A DNA stretch of 64,000 bases from an uncultured Candidatus Saccharibacteria bacterium (GCA_964651655.1 CAZYVS010000001.1:5132-69131), one strand, 5' to 3'; numbered from the stretch's first letter, positions 29,054 through 37,845 are shown. Numbers and translations: made by a program. Notes: a model not told the origin generated them from the sequence alone.

Positions 29054-29383
29054 TTAATTATCTTTCAAGGAAATTACTTGTATTCCTTTATCATCAATAT
29101 CTTCTCTGGGCCAAAACTTTGTCAAATCATCAATCTTCCACTTGCCGATATATCCAACTTTTTTCTCCAATTGTCTGCCTGTATAATTTTTTGTCCCAGG
29201 ATCCCATTCTCTAAGCACTAAAATATCTCCTTCAGCAATATCGAAGTCATTTAAACGCCACTCAAATGTCTTCCTGCCATCAAGGATGGCTTGAAAATAT
29301 TCCGGCCAAACTTTTTTTTCTATTTTTAACATATTATTTGGGCTGACCTCCTCGGTCTCATAAATTATACCGTTAAGCTTCAT
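29054..29383 (-). CDS. ASCH / DUF3850-like domain protein
   Basis: 109 aa. 'KVWPEYFQAILDGRKTFEWRLNDFDIAEGDILVLRE' matches the ASCH beta-barrel consensus (K-x-W-x-x-F-x-x-I-x-x-G-x-K-x-x-E-x-R-x-N-D). Confidence 0.5.
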   Translation of the reverse strand: MKLNGIIYETEEVSPNNMLKIEKKVWPEYFQAILDGRKTFEWRLNDFDIAEGDILVLREWDPGTKNYTGRQLEKKVGYIGKWKIDDLTKFWPREDIDDKGIQVISLKDN

Positions 29384-29430
29384 AAGGATTTTTGATTACT
29401 TTTATTCTACCGTTTTGACGTTCCTTGGAA

Positions 29431-30072
29431 TCATTTATTTTTATACTTTTCGGGTAAGAAACTGTACTCAAGGAAAGTTGTACTTAATAAGTCAGATCCA
29501 TTTCTGGGTGACGCTAAACGTGCAATGTAAAACCTCATCCCATCTACAATCTCTTTGAAGGAATAAATCTGCTCATCTAACGTTTTCTGGTCGACTATTT
29601 TTTTTGCTTCTGATTTCTTTATTGTGTTATTAGTAATATTTTGAACCCTCATCACAGCATGACCGTGCAGCAGAAGGTTTCGCATTTTCCGAAAGTTTTT
29701 TAACCGAGAGATGAGATTTTTATACTTTTCTCTTTCCTGCAAATCCTCTTCTTTGAAGTCAAAATTAAAAGTGTAAAGAAAGACTGACGTCTTATCAATA
29801 AAGTTTATGCTGTCTAGGTGCTTGAATATGTCTAGATCCGGGCTGAACGAATGATCGCGCACTAACTCACGGAAAAAGGCATTCATGCCACTTTCTAAAA
29901 TCAAGTGGAGTGAGATTAGTGAATCGACGATATCTTCTTCGGTAAGTTCAGTGTTATTAAGAAGAGGTACGATCCTTTTCACATTCACAGACCAAACTAT
30001 ATGTTGCTCATCAGTGATGGATATAAGTGTTCCGTATTGTAGGTTTGCACCTTCTGAATCTTGTGTGTACAT
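29431..30072 (-). CDS. hypothetical protein with HEPN-like R-x4-HGH motif (Abi-like?)
   Basis: 213 aa. 'FRKMRNLLLHGHAV' fits the HEPN Rx4-6H consensus seen in Abi/Swt1-type RNases. Otherwise unrecognised. Confidence 0.3.
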   Translation of the reverse strand: MYTQDSEGANLQYGTLISITDEQHIVWSVNVKRIVPLLNNTELTEEDIVDSLISLHLILESGMNAFFRELVRDHSFSPDLDIFKHLDSINFIDKTSVFLYTFNFDFKEEDLQEREKYKNLISRLKNFRKMRNLLLHGHAVMRVQNITNNTIKKSEAKKIVDQKTLDEQIYSFKEIVDGMRFYIARLASPRNGSDLLSTTFLEYSFLPEKYKNK

Positions 30073-30117
30073 AACGATGGTTGTTTATGAGGATTCAATG
30101 TTTCTCGGACTCCGAAC

Positions 30118-30366
30118 CTATCTCAAGATGAATAAAGCAAATTTCTTTTCTCGCCTCCATCCTTTAATCTCCGCTTCTCTTTGCCGTGCCTCTTTCAATG
30201 TCTTAAAAGCTTCTTGGTACTTCAATATAACTGGTCTACGCAGTTTTGTGTAATGTGCACCCCACTTCGAATCATTATGTTGTTCTACTCTCCTAACAAG
30301 ATTATTCGTACAACCGACATAGAGAGATTTATCTGCACATTCTAAGATATAGACGAAATACGACAT
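30118..30366 (-). CDS. GIY-YIG nuclease superfamily small protein (UPF0213/YhbQ-like), copy 1
   Basis: 82 aa. 'YFVYILECADKSLYVGCTNNLVRRVEQHN' matches the GIY-(10)-YVG-x-T-x-N-x-x-RR-x-x-H GIY-YIG core. Confidence 0.75.
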   Translation of the reverse strand: MSYFVYILECADKSLYVGCTNNLVRRVEQHNDSKWGAHYTKLRRPVILKYQEAFKTLKEARQREAEIKGWRREKKFALFILR

Positions 30367-30467
30367 GAGAACTTTAGGCCCTTCACTTTCGTTCAGGGAC
30401 TTCTTCTCTCCTGTATATGCTGGCCGCAGGCACTGATGAGCCTTCGTCCAGCGAAGGTGAAGAAGTG

Positions 30468-30538
30468 CTGCGGGGGTAGGAGTCGGACCTACATACGCAG
30501 CTTCAAAGGCTGCTGTCCTGCCGTTAGACGACCCCGCA
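30468..30538 (-). tRNA. tRNA-Gln (anticodon TTG)
   Basis: Hand-folded on the minus strand. Acceptor TGCGGGG/CCCCGCA. D-stem GTCT/GGAC. Anticodon stem GCAGC/GCTGC with loop CTTTGAA (anticodon UUG). T-stem GTAGG/CCTAC with loop TCCGACT. Lies between two GIY-YIG genes. Confidence 0.7.
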
Positions 30539-30540
30539 AA

Positions 30541-30786
30541 TTATTGCAGAAATAGGGTTTTGAGAAACTTTCTACCATTTGCTGTCTTAAGCTGTTTTTC
30601 CCTTTTTCTAGCTTCAGTAAGGTTATCATATTGCTCATGGTAAATCATTACCCATGGTTTATGTCTCTTGGTATAGAAATGCTTACCAGAATTATGTTCA
30701 GCAAGTCTTCTGTCTAAGTTATTGGTCATTCCCACATAACTCTTTTGAACTGAACAACTCTTTAAAACATAAATGTAATAAACCAT
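30541..30786 (-). CDS. GIY-YIG nuclease superfamily small protein (UPF0213/YhbQ-like), copy 2
   Basis: 81 aa. 'YYIYVLKSCSVQKSYVGMTNNLDRRLAEHN' GIY-YIG core. Stop codon is 2 nt before the 5' end of tRNA-Gln(TTG). Confidence 0.75.
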   Translation of the reverse strand: MVYYIYVLKSCSVQKSYVGMTNNLDRRLAEHNSGKHFYTKRHKPWVMIYHEQYDNLTEARKREKQLKTANGRKFLKTLFLQ

Positions 30787-30798
30787 AATAAAAAGGCG

Positions 30799-30920
30799 TG
30801 TCCTACCCGCCTCGCGTCGACTCGCCCTGAATTGGGCGAAGTGAGCAAGTCCCCGCGAGTCGAGGCGGGCCGTTAGACCAGCTTCGACTAGATGTCGAAT
30901 CTAGGCGAGCGACCCCGCAA
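30799..30920 (-). pseudogene. disrupted partial copy of tRNA-Gln(TTG) 5' region carrying two palindromic-element insertions
   Basis: Minus strand reads TTGCGGGGTCG-[31-nt insert with CTAGAT/ATCTAG stem]-GTCTAACGGC-[approx 62-nt GC-rich palindromic insert CCGCCTCGACTCGCGGGG...GCGAGTCGACGCGAGGCGG]-GTAGGACA. Compare with the intact tRNA TGCGGGGTCGTCTAACGGCAGGACA. Sits immediately upstream of GIY-YIG copy 2. Confidence 0.5.
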
Positions 30921-31005
30921 ATTACACCTTGATAGTACGAATTATTTCCACTTTTAGCAAATTTAATTGATGATTTTAGAATTCAGATTCTGATATAATA
31001 GAATT

Positions 31006-31221
31006 ATGGATGATAACGTCCATTATAAATTCTCAAGTCATTTGTGCGGTCATTGTGGCGGACCGGCGCCGGATTGGAAGTGCCCGAAGTGCGGTCTGAC
31101 TTCTTACGTCTTTGACCCCGACCATTTTAAAAAATGTAAGCGCACGGGAAAAATGGAAGCTCTCTGTCAAAAATGCGATGAAGCCGAATCCCAATGTGTC
31201 TGTCCGATACAAAATAATTAA
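31006..31221 (+). CDS. small Cys-rich zinc-ribbon protein
   Basis: 71 aa with CxxC pairs ('CGHCGG', 'CPKCG', 'CQKCD', 'CVCP'). Confidence 0.4.
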   Translation: MDDNVHYKFSSHLCGHCGGPAPDWKCPKCGLTSYVFDPDHFKKCKRTGKMEALCQKCDEAESQCVCPIQNN

Positions 31222-32267
31222 ACGGATTTAATACAATCGGCCAACGCAATCTCCAGAGCCAATTCCGGAATAGAGGTGCGGCCGGAATCTTCATAGGCAG
31301 TAATAAATGACAGTAGAACTTCGGCGGTCAGATCTGAACCGGCTTTTGCCGCTAATTTCTGAAGGAAGACGAAATCATCTTCGGAAACTTGTTTTTTAAT
31401 ATAATCATCCATACCCGCTTTAAGCCGAAGCAAGAAAAGAAAGCGCAGCCGTTCAAGGATAAGCTTGGCAAAAAGCTTCATCTCGGCATTGGCCGCTACG
31501 GCGTTCTGGATTGCCCTCATCCCCTTTTCGATATCTTTGTCAATAATTGATTCAAGTATATTTCTAACCAACTCCGCTTTCGGTGCGCCTGTCACTATTT
31601 CCACTTCTTCGCGAGTAATTTTTTTATTGTTTGTTGAGGAAAACACTTTTTCCAAAATTCCATGTGCATCACGAAAGGAACCGTCACCCAAAATAGCCAC
31701 TAGCTCCGCCGCCGCCGGCTCCAGAGTAAAGCCTTCCTTTTTCGCCACCGAGAGAGCAAAAGTTTTGAGCATCACTTGATTTGGTTGTCTGAAAGAAAAA
31801 GTCTGACAACGAGAAACTACCGTCTCCGGCACCTTTTCTAATTCGGTTGTCGCCAACACAAACACGACATGTTGCGGCGGTTCCTCAAGAGTTTTGAGAA
31901 AAGCGTTCCAGGCATCCTTGGTAAGCATATGCACCTCATCAATAATATAAACCTTGTAATGTGAATCAAAGGGCAGAGTGTTGACGGATTCTCGAATCTC
32001 GCGGACATCATCAATACCACGATTAGAGGCGGCGTCCATCTCGACCAAATCGTTGGCTGAAGTGCCAATCTCTCGTGATAAGATTCTCGCCATCGAAGTC
32101 TTGCCGGTACCGCGCGAACCGGAGAAGAGATAAGCGTGCGAAATATTACCGAGTTTGATTGCTCCTTCCAAAACTCTGACGATATGATCTTGACCGATAA
32201 CATCCTTAAAATGTTGCGGACGATATTTGCGATACAGCACGCCTCCGGTTTTAGTATCTTTCTTCAT
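31218..32267 (-). CDS. dnaX: DNA polymerase III subunit gamma/tau (short form)
   Basis: 'YRKYRPQHFKDVIGQDHIV...HAYLFSGSRGTGKTSMARIL' clamp-loader AAA+ N-terminus. 'IIDEVHMLT' Walker B. SRC motif 'TVVSRCQ'. Confidence 0.85.
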   Translation of the reverse strand: MKKDTKTGGVLYRKYRPQHFKDVIGQDHIVRVLEGAIKLGNISHAYLFSGSRGTGKTSMARILSREIGTSANDLVEMDAASNRGIDDVREIRESVNTLPFDSHYKVYIIDEVHMLTKDAWNAFLKTLEEPPQHVVFVLATTELEKVPETVVSRCQTFSFRQPNQVMLKTFALSVAKKEGFTLEPAAAELVAILGDGSFRDAHGILEKVFSSTNNKKITREEVEIVTGAPKAELVRNILESIIDKDIEKGMRAIQNAVAANAEMKLFAKLILERLRFLFLLRLKAGMDDYIKKQVSEDDFVFLQKLAAKAGSDLTAEVLLSFITAYEDSGRTSIPELALEIALADCIKSV

Positions 32268-33280
32268 ACCGGTATTATACGATTTTTTATGAATTCGGAT
32301 ATAATTGCCTCTACCTCACTCGCGTTATTGGTATTCATTAGTTTAACGCGCAAATCTCCTATTCCATCAATGCCAGATAAATAGGCCTTAAAATGTTTTT
32401 TCATCACAGCAAAACTTTTATGCTCGCCGAGTAATTCTTCAAACAATTTTATATGCTTCACCAACACTCGTAACTTTTCTTCTATAGAAGGGGGTTTGTC
32501 CAAGTCGGCAAACAACCACGGATTACCGAAGATGGCGCGTCCAAACATTATTCCGTTACAACCCGTTTCTTCAATCCGCATTCTTGCTTCTTTTAAATTT
32601 CTTACATCACCATTACCCAAGATTAAAGTTTCTTTGCCGGAAGCATTTCGAATCTCGACGGCGCGTTTGACAAATTCCCACCGGGCCGATACCTTGGACA
32701 TCTCTTTCCTAGTGCGAGCATGGATAGTCACTACGGCCACATCTTCTTCAAGAATTTCTGGTAACCAATTTTCAAGCTCTGGTTTGTTATAGCCGATACG
32801 AGTCTTCACAGATACCGGTAGTGAGCCCGCGCCTTCTTTGGCTGCGTTGATAAGTTCTCTAGCCAGCAACACATTCTTCATAAGCGAAGCTCCGGCGCCT
32901 TGTTTCTCCACATTTTTGTCCGGGCAACCCATATTGATGTCAACTCCGTCAAAGCCGAGCTCGCGTGCGAGCTCGGCGGCTTTCTTCATATTTTCGGGCA
33001 CAGAGGTAAAAAATTGCGCTACTATTGGTCGTTCCGCTTCACTATATTCAAGACTTTTCAAAAGCTTTTTTCTGCCTGCTTCAGGCGCTAATGCTAAACC
33101 ATCAGCGGAAACAAACTCTGTCCACATCACATCGGGCCCGCCTCGCCTCGGCTCGCCATCGCGAGTCGAGGCGGACTTACTCACTTCTGCAATAATACGT
33201 CGAAAAGCCGCGTCCGTCACATCGGCCATGGGCGCCAGTACAAAAATTGGTTTACTTAATTTTCCCCAAAATCCAAGCAT
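32264..33280 (-). CDS. dus: tRNA-dihydrouridine synthase
   Basis: 'FVLAPMADVTDAAFRRI', 'NMGCPDKNV' (catalytic Cys) and 'VSVKTRIGYN' match the Dus TIM-barrel. Contains an in-frame insertion 'SKSASTRDGEPRRGGP' encoded by a GC-rich palindromic element. Confidence 0.85.
   Translation of the reverse strand: MLGFWGKLSKPIFVLAPMADVTDAAFRRIIAEVSKSASTRDGEPRRGGPDVMWTEFVSADGLALAPEAGRKKLLKSLEYSEAERPIVAQFFTSVPENMKKAAELARELGFDGVDINMGCPDKNVEKQGAGASLMKNVLLARELINAAKEGAGSLPVSVKTRIGYNKPELENWLPEILEEDVAVVTIHARTRKEMSKVSARWEFVKRAVEIRNASGKETLILGNGDVRNLKEARMRIEETGCNGIMFGRAIFGNPWLFADLDKPPSIEEKLRVLVKHIKLFEELLGEHKSFAVMKKHFKAYLSGIDGIGDLRVKLMNTNNASEVEAIISEFIKNRIIPV
33137..33195. repeat. GC-rich palindromic element (CGCCTCG...GCGAGTCGAGGCGG family) inserted in-frame in dus
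   Basis: CGCCTCGCCTCGGCTCGCC-atc-GCGAGTCGAGGCGG, followed by GGACTTACTCACTTC. A related copy lies at 30805..30880 (CCGCCTCGCGTCGACTCGCC...GGCGAAGTGAGCAAGTCC...GCGAGTCGAGGCGGG). Confidence 0.55.
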
Positions 33281-33318
33281 ATATCCACTCTCTACTATTT
33301 ACTGTTTACTGTCTACTA

Positions 33319-34134
33319 TTATTTAAACTTGTAGAATACTTTATTTGTCGTGCGCAAGTCCAGATACAAAACTTTTTTAAGAAAATCCTTCTGAGCTTTG
33401 ATAGAATCATCAGAGAGAAAAGCCTCTAGATTCGAGTGCAACAAAACAGGATCATCCCCTCTTCTCCATATCAATTGTCCGCCATTAGGCAAAAGCAAAT
33501 TATAATCGTCCGCGGTTATCTTCATAGCCGTTGGCTGAAGATTTAATGTTGGCAAAATTTTTATAAATCCCAAAAGCGACTCAAAGTTCTCCGCAGGAAT
33601 AAGTTGCTTGCCTATAGGATTGCCGATCGGCTCTTCCGTACTATAGACAAAGTAAACTCCGTTTGAAAAAGAGGGGGCGGGCGCAAAGATAAATCCTCCC
33701 TTATCCACAAAGAAACATTCATCTTCAATACAATACAGAGCGAAGGGCATACGCTCTTCAACATTTATGACAAGAGTTTGAAATTTGTCTAGGTTTAAAT
33801 CAACAGATCGAAGTCTTGGAAATTTTTCAATGAGACTTTGCTTAATAGCGCGCCGCGGATAGATAAACGCATTGGCGCGAGGAATCATCCAAAGATAATG
33901 ATTGTCAATCAAACTTTGAACAGCTTGGGTCATCTCTTCCCTATCTGCTACATTTTCTCCAGTTATCATTACCGCTGTAATCAGAAATTTTTCCAAACGA
34001 GAAAGATAAATCAGCGTAAAAACTATAGTCAAGACGCCAATTAGAACAAGGGCAAATTTTATACGCCTTCTTTTTTTCTTTTTCTGATAAAATCCGGCCG
34101 AATTTATAACCCTGCCGCTCGAAACTATTTTCAT
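33319..34134 (-). CDS. ftsQ: cell division protein FtsQ/DivIB-like (POTRA domain)
   Basis: Basic N-terminus then TM ('IKFALVLIGVLTIVFTLIYL'). POTRA-like stretch 'LRSVDLNLDKFQTLVINVEERMPFALY...FVDKGGFIFA'. Confidence 0.55.
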   Translation of the reverse strand: MKIVSSGRVINSAGFYQKKKKRRRIKFALVLIGVLTIVFTLIYLSRLEKFLITAVMITGENVADREEMTQAVQSLIDNHYLWMIPRANAFIYPRRAIKQSLIEKFPRLRSVDLNLDKFQTLVINVEERMPFALYCIEDECFFVDKGGFIFAPAPSFSNGVYFVYSTEEPIGNPIGKQLIPAENFESLLGFIKILPTLNLQPTAMKITADDYNLLLPNGGQLIWRRGDDPVLLHSNLEAFLSDDSIKAQKDFLKKVLYLDLRTTNKVFYKFK

Positions 34135-34180
34135 AAAGAAAGTATATCAAACCTCTCAATAGACCATACAAGCCCTCTTA

Positions 34181-34205
34181 CTGTGCAAAGCTCGACTTTG
34201 CACAG
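34181..34205. repeat. REP-like palindromic element, copy 3
   Basis: CTGTGCAAAG-CTCGA-CTTTGCACAG, 10-bp perfect arms. Immediately 3' of the REP-associated transposase gene. Confidence 0.65.
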
Positions 34206-34868
34206 TTATGGCAATAGTTCTTTGGTAATTTCCTTAGCTGGACTACTGGAAACAAATTTTTTATACGACGAAATGCTTTTTTCTTTAGTATAACGATCCG
34301 TTATAATATCCGTTACTAATAATCCTTCAAACCTATTTTTATCAATACAATCTTGATAACTTGACCATGGATAGAGATGCTCTTTTCCCGTCCATCCTTT
34401 TATTTCGCATGGATGTTTATGAATGTATGCCGAGGTATGCATTAATTGTCTGTCTTCGCCAATATGGACACTTTTATACGGACCTTGAAATAAGTGCCCG
34501 CTTTTTTCATGTCTAGTATTAAAATACTTTGTATATGCAGTCAAAACCCTGTGCATATATTTAGAAATGCCATTATCAACTAATTCACGAATAATTATAT
34601 GAAAATGGTTTGGCGCTAAACAGAAAACTACTAGTTCCACAATCCTCTTTTTTAGGATATCATTCTTTAACTCATCCGTAATGTGCAAAGTCGATCTTTG
34701 CACATTTTGGCGTATTTCTCTGCTTATATTTTTTATAACCACTTCTCCTTGAAAAGCCATGAGGAGAAATAAAAATCTTAAGCGATCTTGATCTGTTTCA
34801 AAGATTGGTTGTTTTTGCATTCCCCTGTTAAAGACATGCAAATATTCTCCGGGCGCATGAAATCGCAT
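34206..34868 (-). mobile_element. IS200/IS605-family Y1 transposase, REP-associated tyrosine transposase (RAYT)-like
   Basis: 220 aa. 'YLHVFNRGMQKQPIF' N-terminus. HUH motif 'NHFHIIIRE'. Catalytic-Tyr region 'TAYTKYFNTRHEKSGHLFQGPYKSVHI'. Flanked on both sides by REP-like palindromes of one family and carries one copy in-frame. Confidence 0.7.
34680..34706. repeat. REP-like palindromic element, copy 4 (inside the RAYT ORF, in frame)
   Basis: AATGTGCAAAG-TCGAT-CTTTGCACATT, 11-bp perfect arms. It encodes 'NVQRSTLHI' within the transposase. Confidence 0.6.
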
Positions 34869-34894
34869 ACCTCTATTGTATACCTATATTTATT

Positions 34895-34917
34895 TGTGCA
34901 AAGTCGAGCTTTGCACA
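34895..34917. repeat. REP-like palindromic element, copy 5
   Basis: TGTGCAAAG-TCGAG-CTTTGCACA. Immediately upstream of the RAYT start. Confidence 0.65.
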
Positions 34918-34989
34918 GTTTTAACAAAGAAGTCCCGCACAGAGTTTGTACATTTCTGTACGAGACTTCTGTGTGGGACCACGATGCAA

Positions 34990-35268
34990 TTAAGGACCTT
35001 TCCATGTTTTCAACATTATCCCTGAGATGGATGCTCTGACATCGTCAGCCTTTCTGCGTCCATTCTGATACGAATATTCCTGGTCCGACGCGAGACGAGT
35101 TACAACGCGATCAAGTGCTTCCTCGGTTCCTTCGGGGAACGCCTTGCGATCGACGTGAGCTAACTCTTCATTAATGACCTCGCGCACTCTTCGTTCATAC
35201 GGTTTCTCTTTCGTTTCCTGGTCTGCCATGACCGTTCTCCTTTCGTTACTTCGATAGAATCCCAACAC
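34990..35268 (-). CDS. hypothetical small protein
   Basis: About 80-92 aa and charged. Overlaps the next small ORF by 23 nt (operon-like). Confidence 0.3.
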   Translation of the reverse strand: MLGFYRSNERRTVMADQETKEKPYERRVREVINEELAHVDRKAFPEGTEEALDRVVTRLASDQEYSYQNGRRKADDVRASISGIMLKTWKGP

Positions 35269-35482
35269 TTTGCATGATTGCTAAAGTTTCTTCTGCCCCT
35301 TCTTCGCGGAGCTTCTGTTTTACAATCTCCTCCGCCGTCACCGTCGGTTCTTTCCAGACTTTTCGGTCCTCGAGAAAAGTACTAATCAGTCTCACGACTC
35401 GTTTCCTATCTTTCGCCGACAGTCGCACCTCCAAACTATGTAAAAGATCCTTCAAGAACAATGAGTCAGATTCATTGAGCAT
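35246..35482 (-). CDS. hypothetical small protein
   Basis: 78 aa and helical/charged. Upstream partner of 34990..35268. Confidence 0.3.
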   Translation of the reverse strand: MLNESDSLFLKDLLHSLEVRLSAKDRKRVVRLISTFLEDRKVWKEPTVTAEEIVKQKLREEGAEETLAIMQSVGILSK

Positions 35483-35564
35483 ATTTACCTCCCCTAATAA
35501 ACAGTTTTTTACTTTCTGGATGTGATTATATATTAAATAAAAAATATGTCAAATAAAAATTACT

Positions 35565-36830
35565 TTACTTTTTTATCTCCGACAGACCGTTCATGTATGG
35601 TACTAGTACTTCCGGAAGTTTTATGGAACCGTCGGCTTGTTGAAAATTTTCTACCAGAGAAACAAGGAGACGCGGAGTGGGAGCGGCAGTGGCATTGAGA
35701 GAGTGGGCATATTGAAGTCTTCCCTCACCATCTTTATATCGAGTATTTAAACGCCTGGTTTGAAAGTCGTGGAAATAAGAAGCGGAGCCAATTTCTCTAT
35801 AAGTGTTCTCGCCCGGCACCCAGAGTTCGATATCATATTTTTTAACCTGACCGAGACCCAGGTCCCCCCCGCAATTTATAACTGTGCGGTACGGAATTTG
35901 AAGAGATTCAATAAATTCTTCAGTATTGCGATTTAATTCTTCATGATATTTTACCGACTCGTCGTGATTCGCTTCGCAAAGAATCACTTGCTCAAATTTG
36001 AAAAATTCATGCACTCGAACCAAACCCTTTACATCTTTGGAATGACTGCCGATTTCCCGGCGAAAGCAGGACGAGAAAGCCAGAATTTTTTTCGGTAATT
36101 CTTCTTTAGAAATCGTTTCGTCTTGGAAAAGCCCCATAATCGCCACTTCCGCCGTACCGGCCAAATATTTTTCATCTTGAACTTTATAAAGGTCGTCCTC
36201 ACTTTGTGGCAACCAACCAGTACCCAGAAGCGGTTCGCGGCGAACCAAGGAGGGAGCAAAGTAGAGAGAAAAACCACGCGAGACGAAAAAGTCAAGCGCA
36301 TAGCGCCAAACGGCAAAGGAAAGCATGGCCCCCGAACCTTTGAGAAAATATCCTCGAAAACCGGCCACTTTCGTTCCCCGTTCGAAATCAGCCATACCAA
36401 GAGCGGTCATAAGTTCCATGTGACTCTTAAGTTCAAAATCAAATTTAGGAATGTTACCCCATCTTCTTATTTCTTCATTATCGGCATCGCTATCACCTTC
36501 CGGCACCGACCTGTCGGGAATGTTCGGCACCTTAAGCATCAGTGCCCGCCATTCGCGCATTATTTCTTTTAATTCTTCTTCATCTCGTTCTAGTTCGCTT
36601 TTGAGCGTCTTCATTTTTCCAAGAATGGCCTCACGCTCTTCGGAACTAGCTTTTACTATCTTATTGTTGGCTACATTTTGATCAGCGCGTTTCTCTTCCA
36701 CCCGCCCGAGAAAAACCTTCCGTTTATTGTCAATTTCAACAAGTCTATCAAGGTCAATCTCCACTCGCTTAGATTTTGCCGCTTTGGCTATCAACTTTTT
36801 ATTTTCCCTGATAAATTTAATATCGAGCAT
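35565..36830 (-). CDS. serS: seryl-tRNA synthetase
   Basis: N-terminal coiled-coil 'MLDIKFIRENKKL...'. Class II motifs 'FRREIGSHSKDVKGLVRVHEF' (motif 2) and 'GSASYFHDFQTRRL' (motif 3 region). Confidence 0.9.
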   Translation of the reverse strand: MLDIKFIRENKKLIAKAAKSKRVEIDLDRLVEIDNKRKVFLGRVEEKRADQNVANNKIVKASSEEREAILGKMKTLKSELERDEEELKEIMREWRALMLKVPNIPDRSVPEGDSDADNEEIRRWGNIPKFDFELKSHMELMTALGMADFERGTKVAGFRGYFLKGSGAMLSFAVWRYALDFFVSRGFSLYFAPSLVRREPLLGTGWLPQSEDDLYKVQDEKYLAGTAEVAIMGLFQDETISKEELPKKILAFSSCFRREIGSHSKDVKGLVRVHEFFKFEQVILCEANHDESVKYHEELNRNTEEFIESLQIPYRTVINCGGDLGLGQVKKYDIELWVPGENTYREIGSASYFHDFQTRRLNTRYKDGEGRLQYAHSLNATAAPTPRLLVSLVENFQQADGSIKLPEVLVPYMNGLSEIKK

Positions 36831-36902
36831 AAATTAGCTTTTTGCTTCTAGCTATTAGCTATTAGCTTAAATACATAATACAAGAATGCTATTATAAATG
36901 AA

Positions 36903-37760
36903 ATGATACAAAATCTGTCACCCAGAGACTTTCCGGAACTTCTCAAAGAAATACCGGATCCTCCCGCGCGATTGCGCTATGAAGGCGCATTGCCAAAAGC
37001 TGGCAACAAACTCCTGGCCATAGTCGGTTCAAGAAAATATACAAGCTATGGAAGAGAGGTGTGCGAATCCATAATCTCCGGGCTTGCCGGTTCTCCTATT
37101 ACAATCGTTTCCGGCCTGGCCCTCGGCATTGATTCCATCGCTCACCGCGCCAGTCTGCGCGCCGGACTTCAAACTATCGCCATCCCGGGTTCCGGTCTTG
37201 ATAGAAAAGTCCTGCATCCCCACTCTCATGTCAATCTCGCTAATGAAATTGTAGAAAGTGGCGGAGGATTGATTTCGGAATATGACGACACCATGCCTTC
37301 GGGCGCCTGGGCCTTCCCGAGGAGAAACAGAATCATGGCGGGAATGTGTCATACCACTTTGGTTATTGAGGCCGAGAGAAAATCCGGGACACTCATCACT
37401 TCGCGACTGGCTACCGAATACAATCGAGAGGTTGGCTGTGTCCCCGGTCCGGTAAATTCTCCCACCTCGGACGGAGCGCATATGCTTATCCGCCTCGGCG
37501 CGGCGCTGATACGCGACGCCAATGATGTGCGAGAACTTCTGGGATTAAAAAGAATGGATGAAAATCCAACTCTTGTAGATATTGAAGAATTGAGTGATGA
37601 AGAAAAAATTTTTATACAAATTTTGGAAAAGTCATGTCCGCGAGATGAACTTATTCGCCAATCAAAACTCGACATAGGCACCGCCAGCGCCACCCTCTCA
37701 CTTCTAGAAATCAAAGGTTTGATTATCGAAGAACTAGGCGAGGTTAGAAGAACGTTTTAA
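36903..37760 (+). CDS. dprA: DNA processing protein A
   Basis: 'KLLAIVGSRKYTSYGREV...IVSGLALGIDSIAHRASL...IAIPGSGLD' matches the DprA/Smf Rossmann domain. C-terminal winged-helix-like tail. Confidence 0.85.
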   Translation: MIQNLSPRDFPELLKEIPDPPARLRYEGALPKAGNKLLAIVGSRKYTSYGREVCESIISGLAGSPITIVSGLALGIDSIAHRASLRAGLQTIAIPGSGLDRKVLHPHSHVNLANEIVESGGGLISEYDDTMPSGAWAFPRRNRIMAGMCHTTLVIEAERKSGTLITSRLATEYNREVGCVPGPVNSPTSDGAHMLIRLGAALIRDANDVRELLGLKRMDENPTLVDIEELSDEEKIFIQILEKSCPRDELIRQSKLDIGTASATLSLLEIKGLIIEELGEVRRTF

Positions 37761-37845
37761 CTCTATTTATACAAAAAACCGCCCATACCTCCCAATAGAC
37801 GGTTCATAATTTGCTACTCGTATATTCTTGCCTTTTTCAAAAATT

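Noticed and set aside
36845-36875. Short tandem repeat (AGCTATT)x2-3 upstream of dprA
   Set aside because: It is too short for a meaningful tandem-repeat call. It is probably a chance AT-rich promoter sequence.
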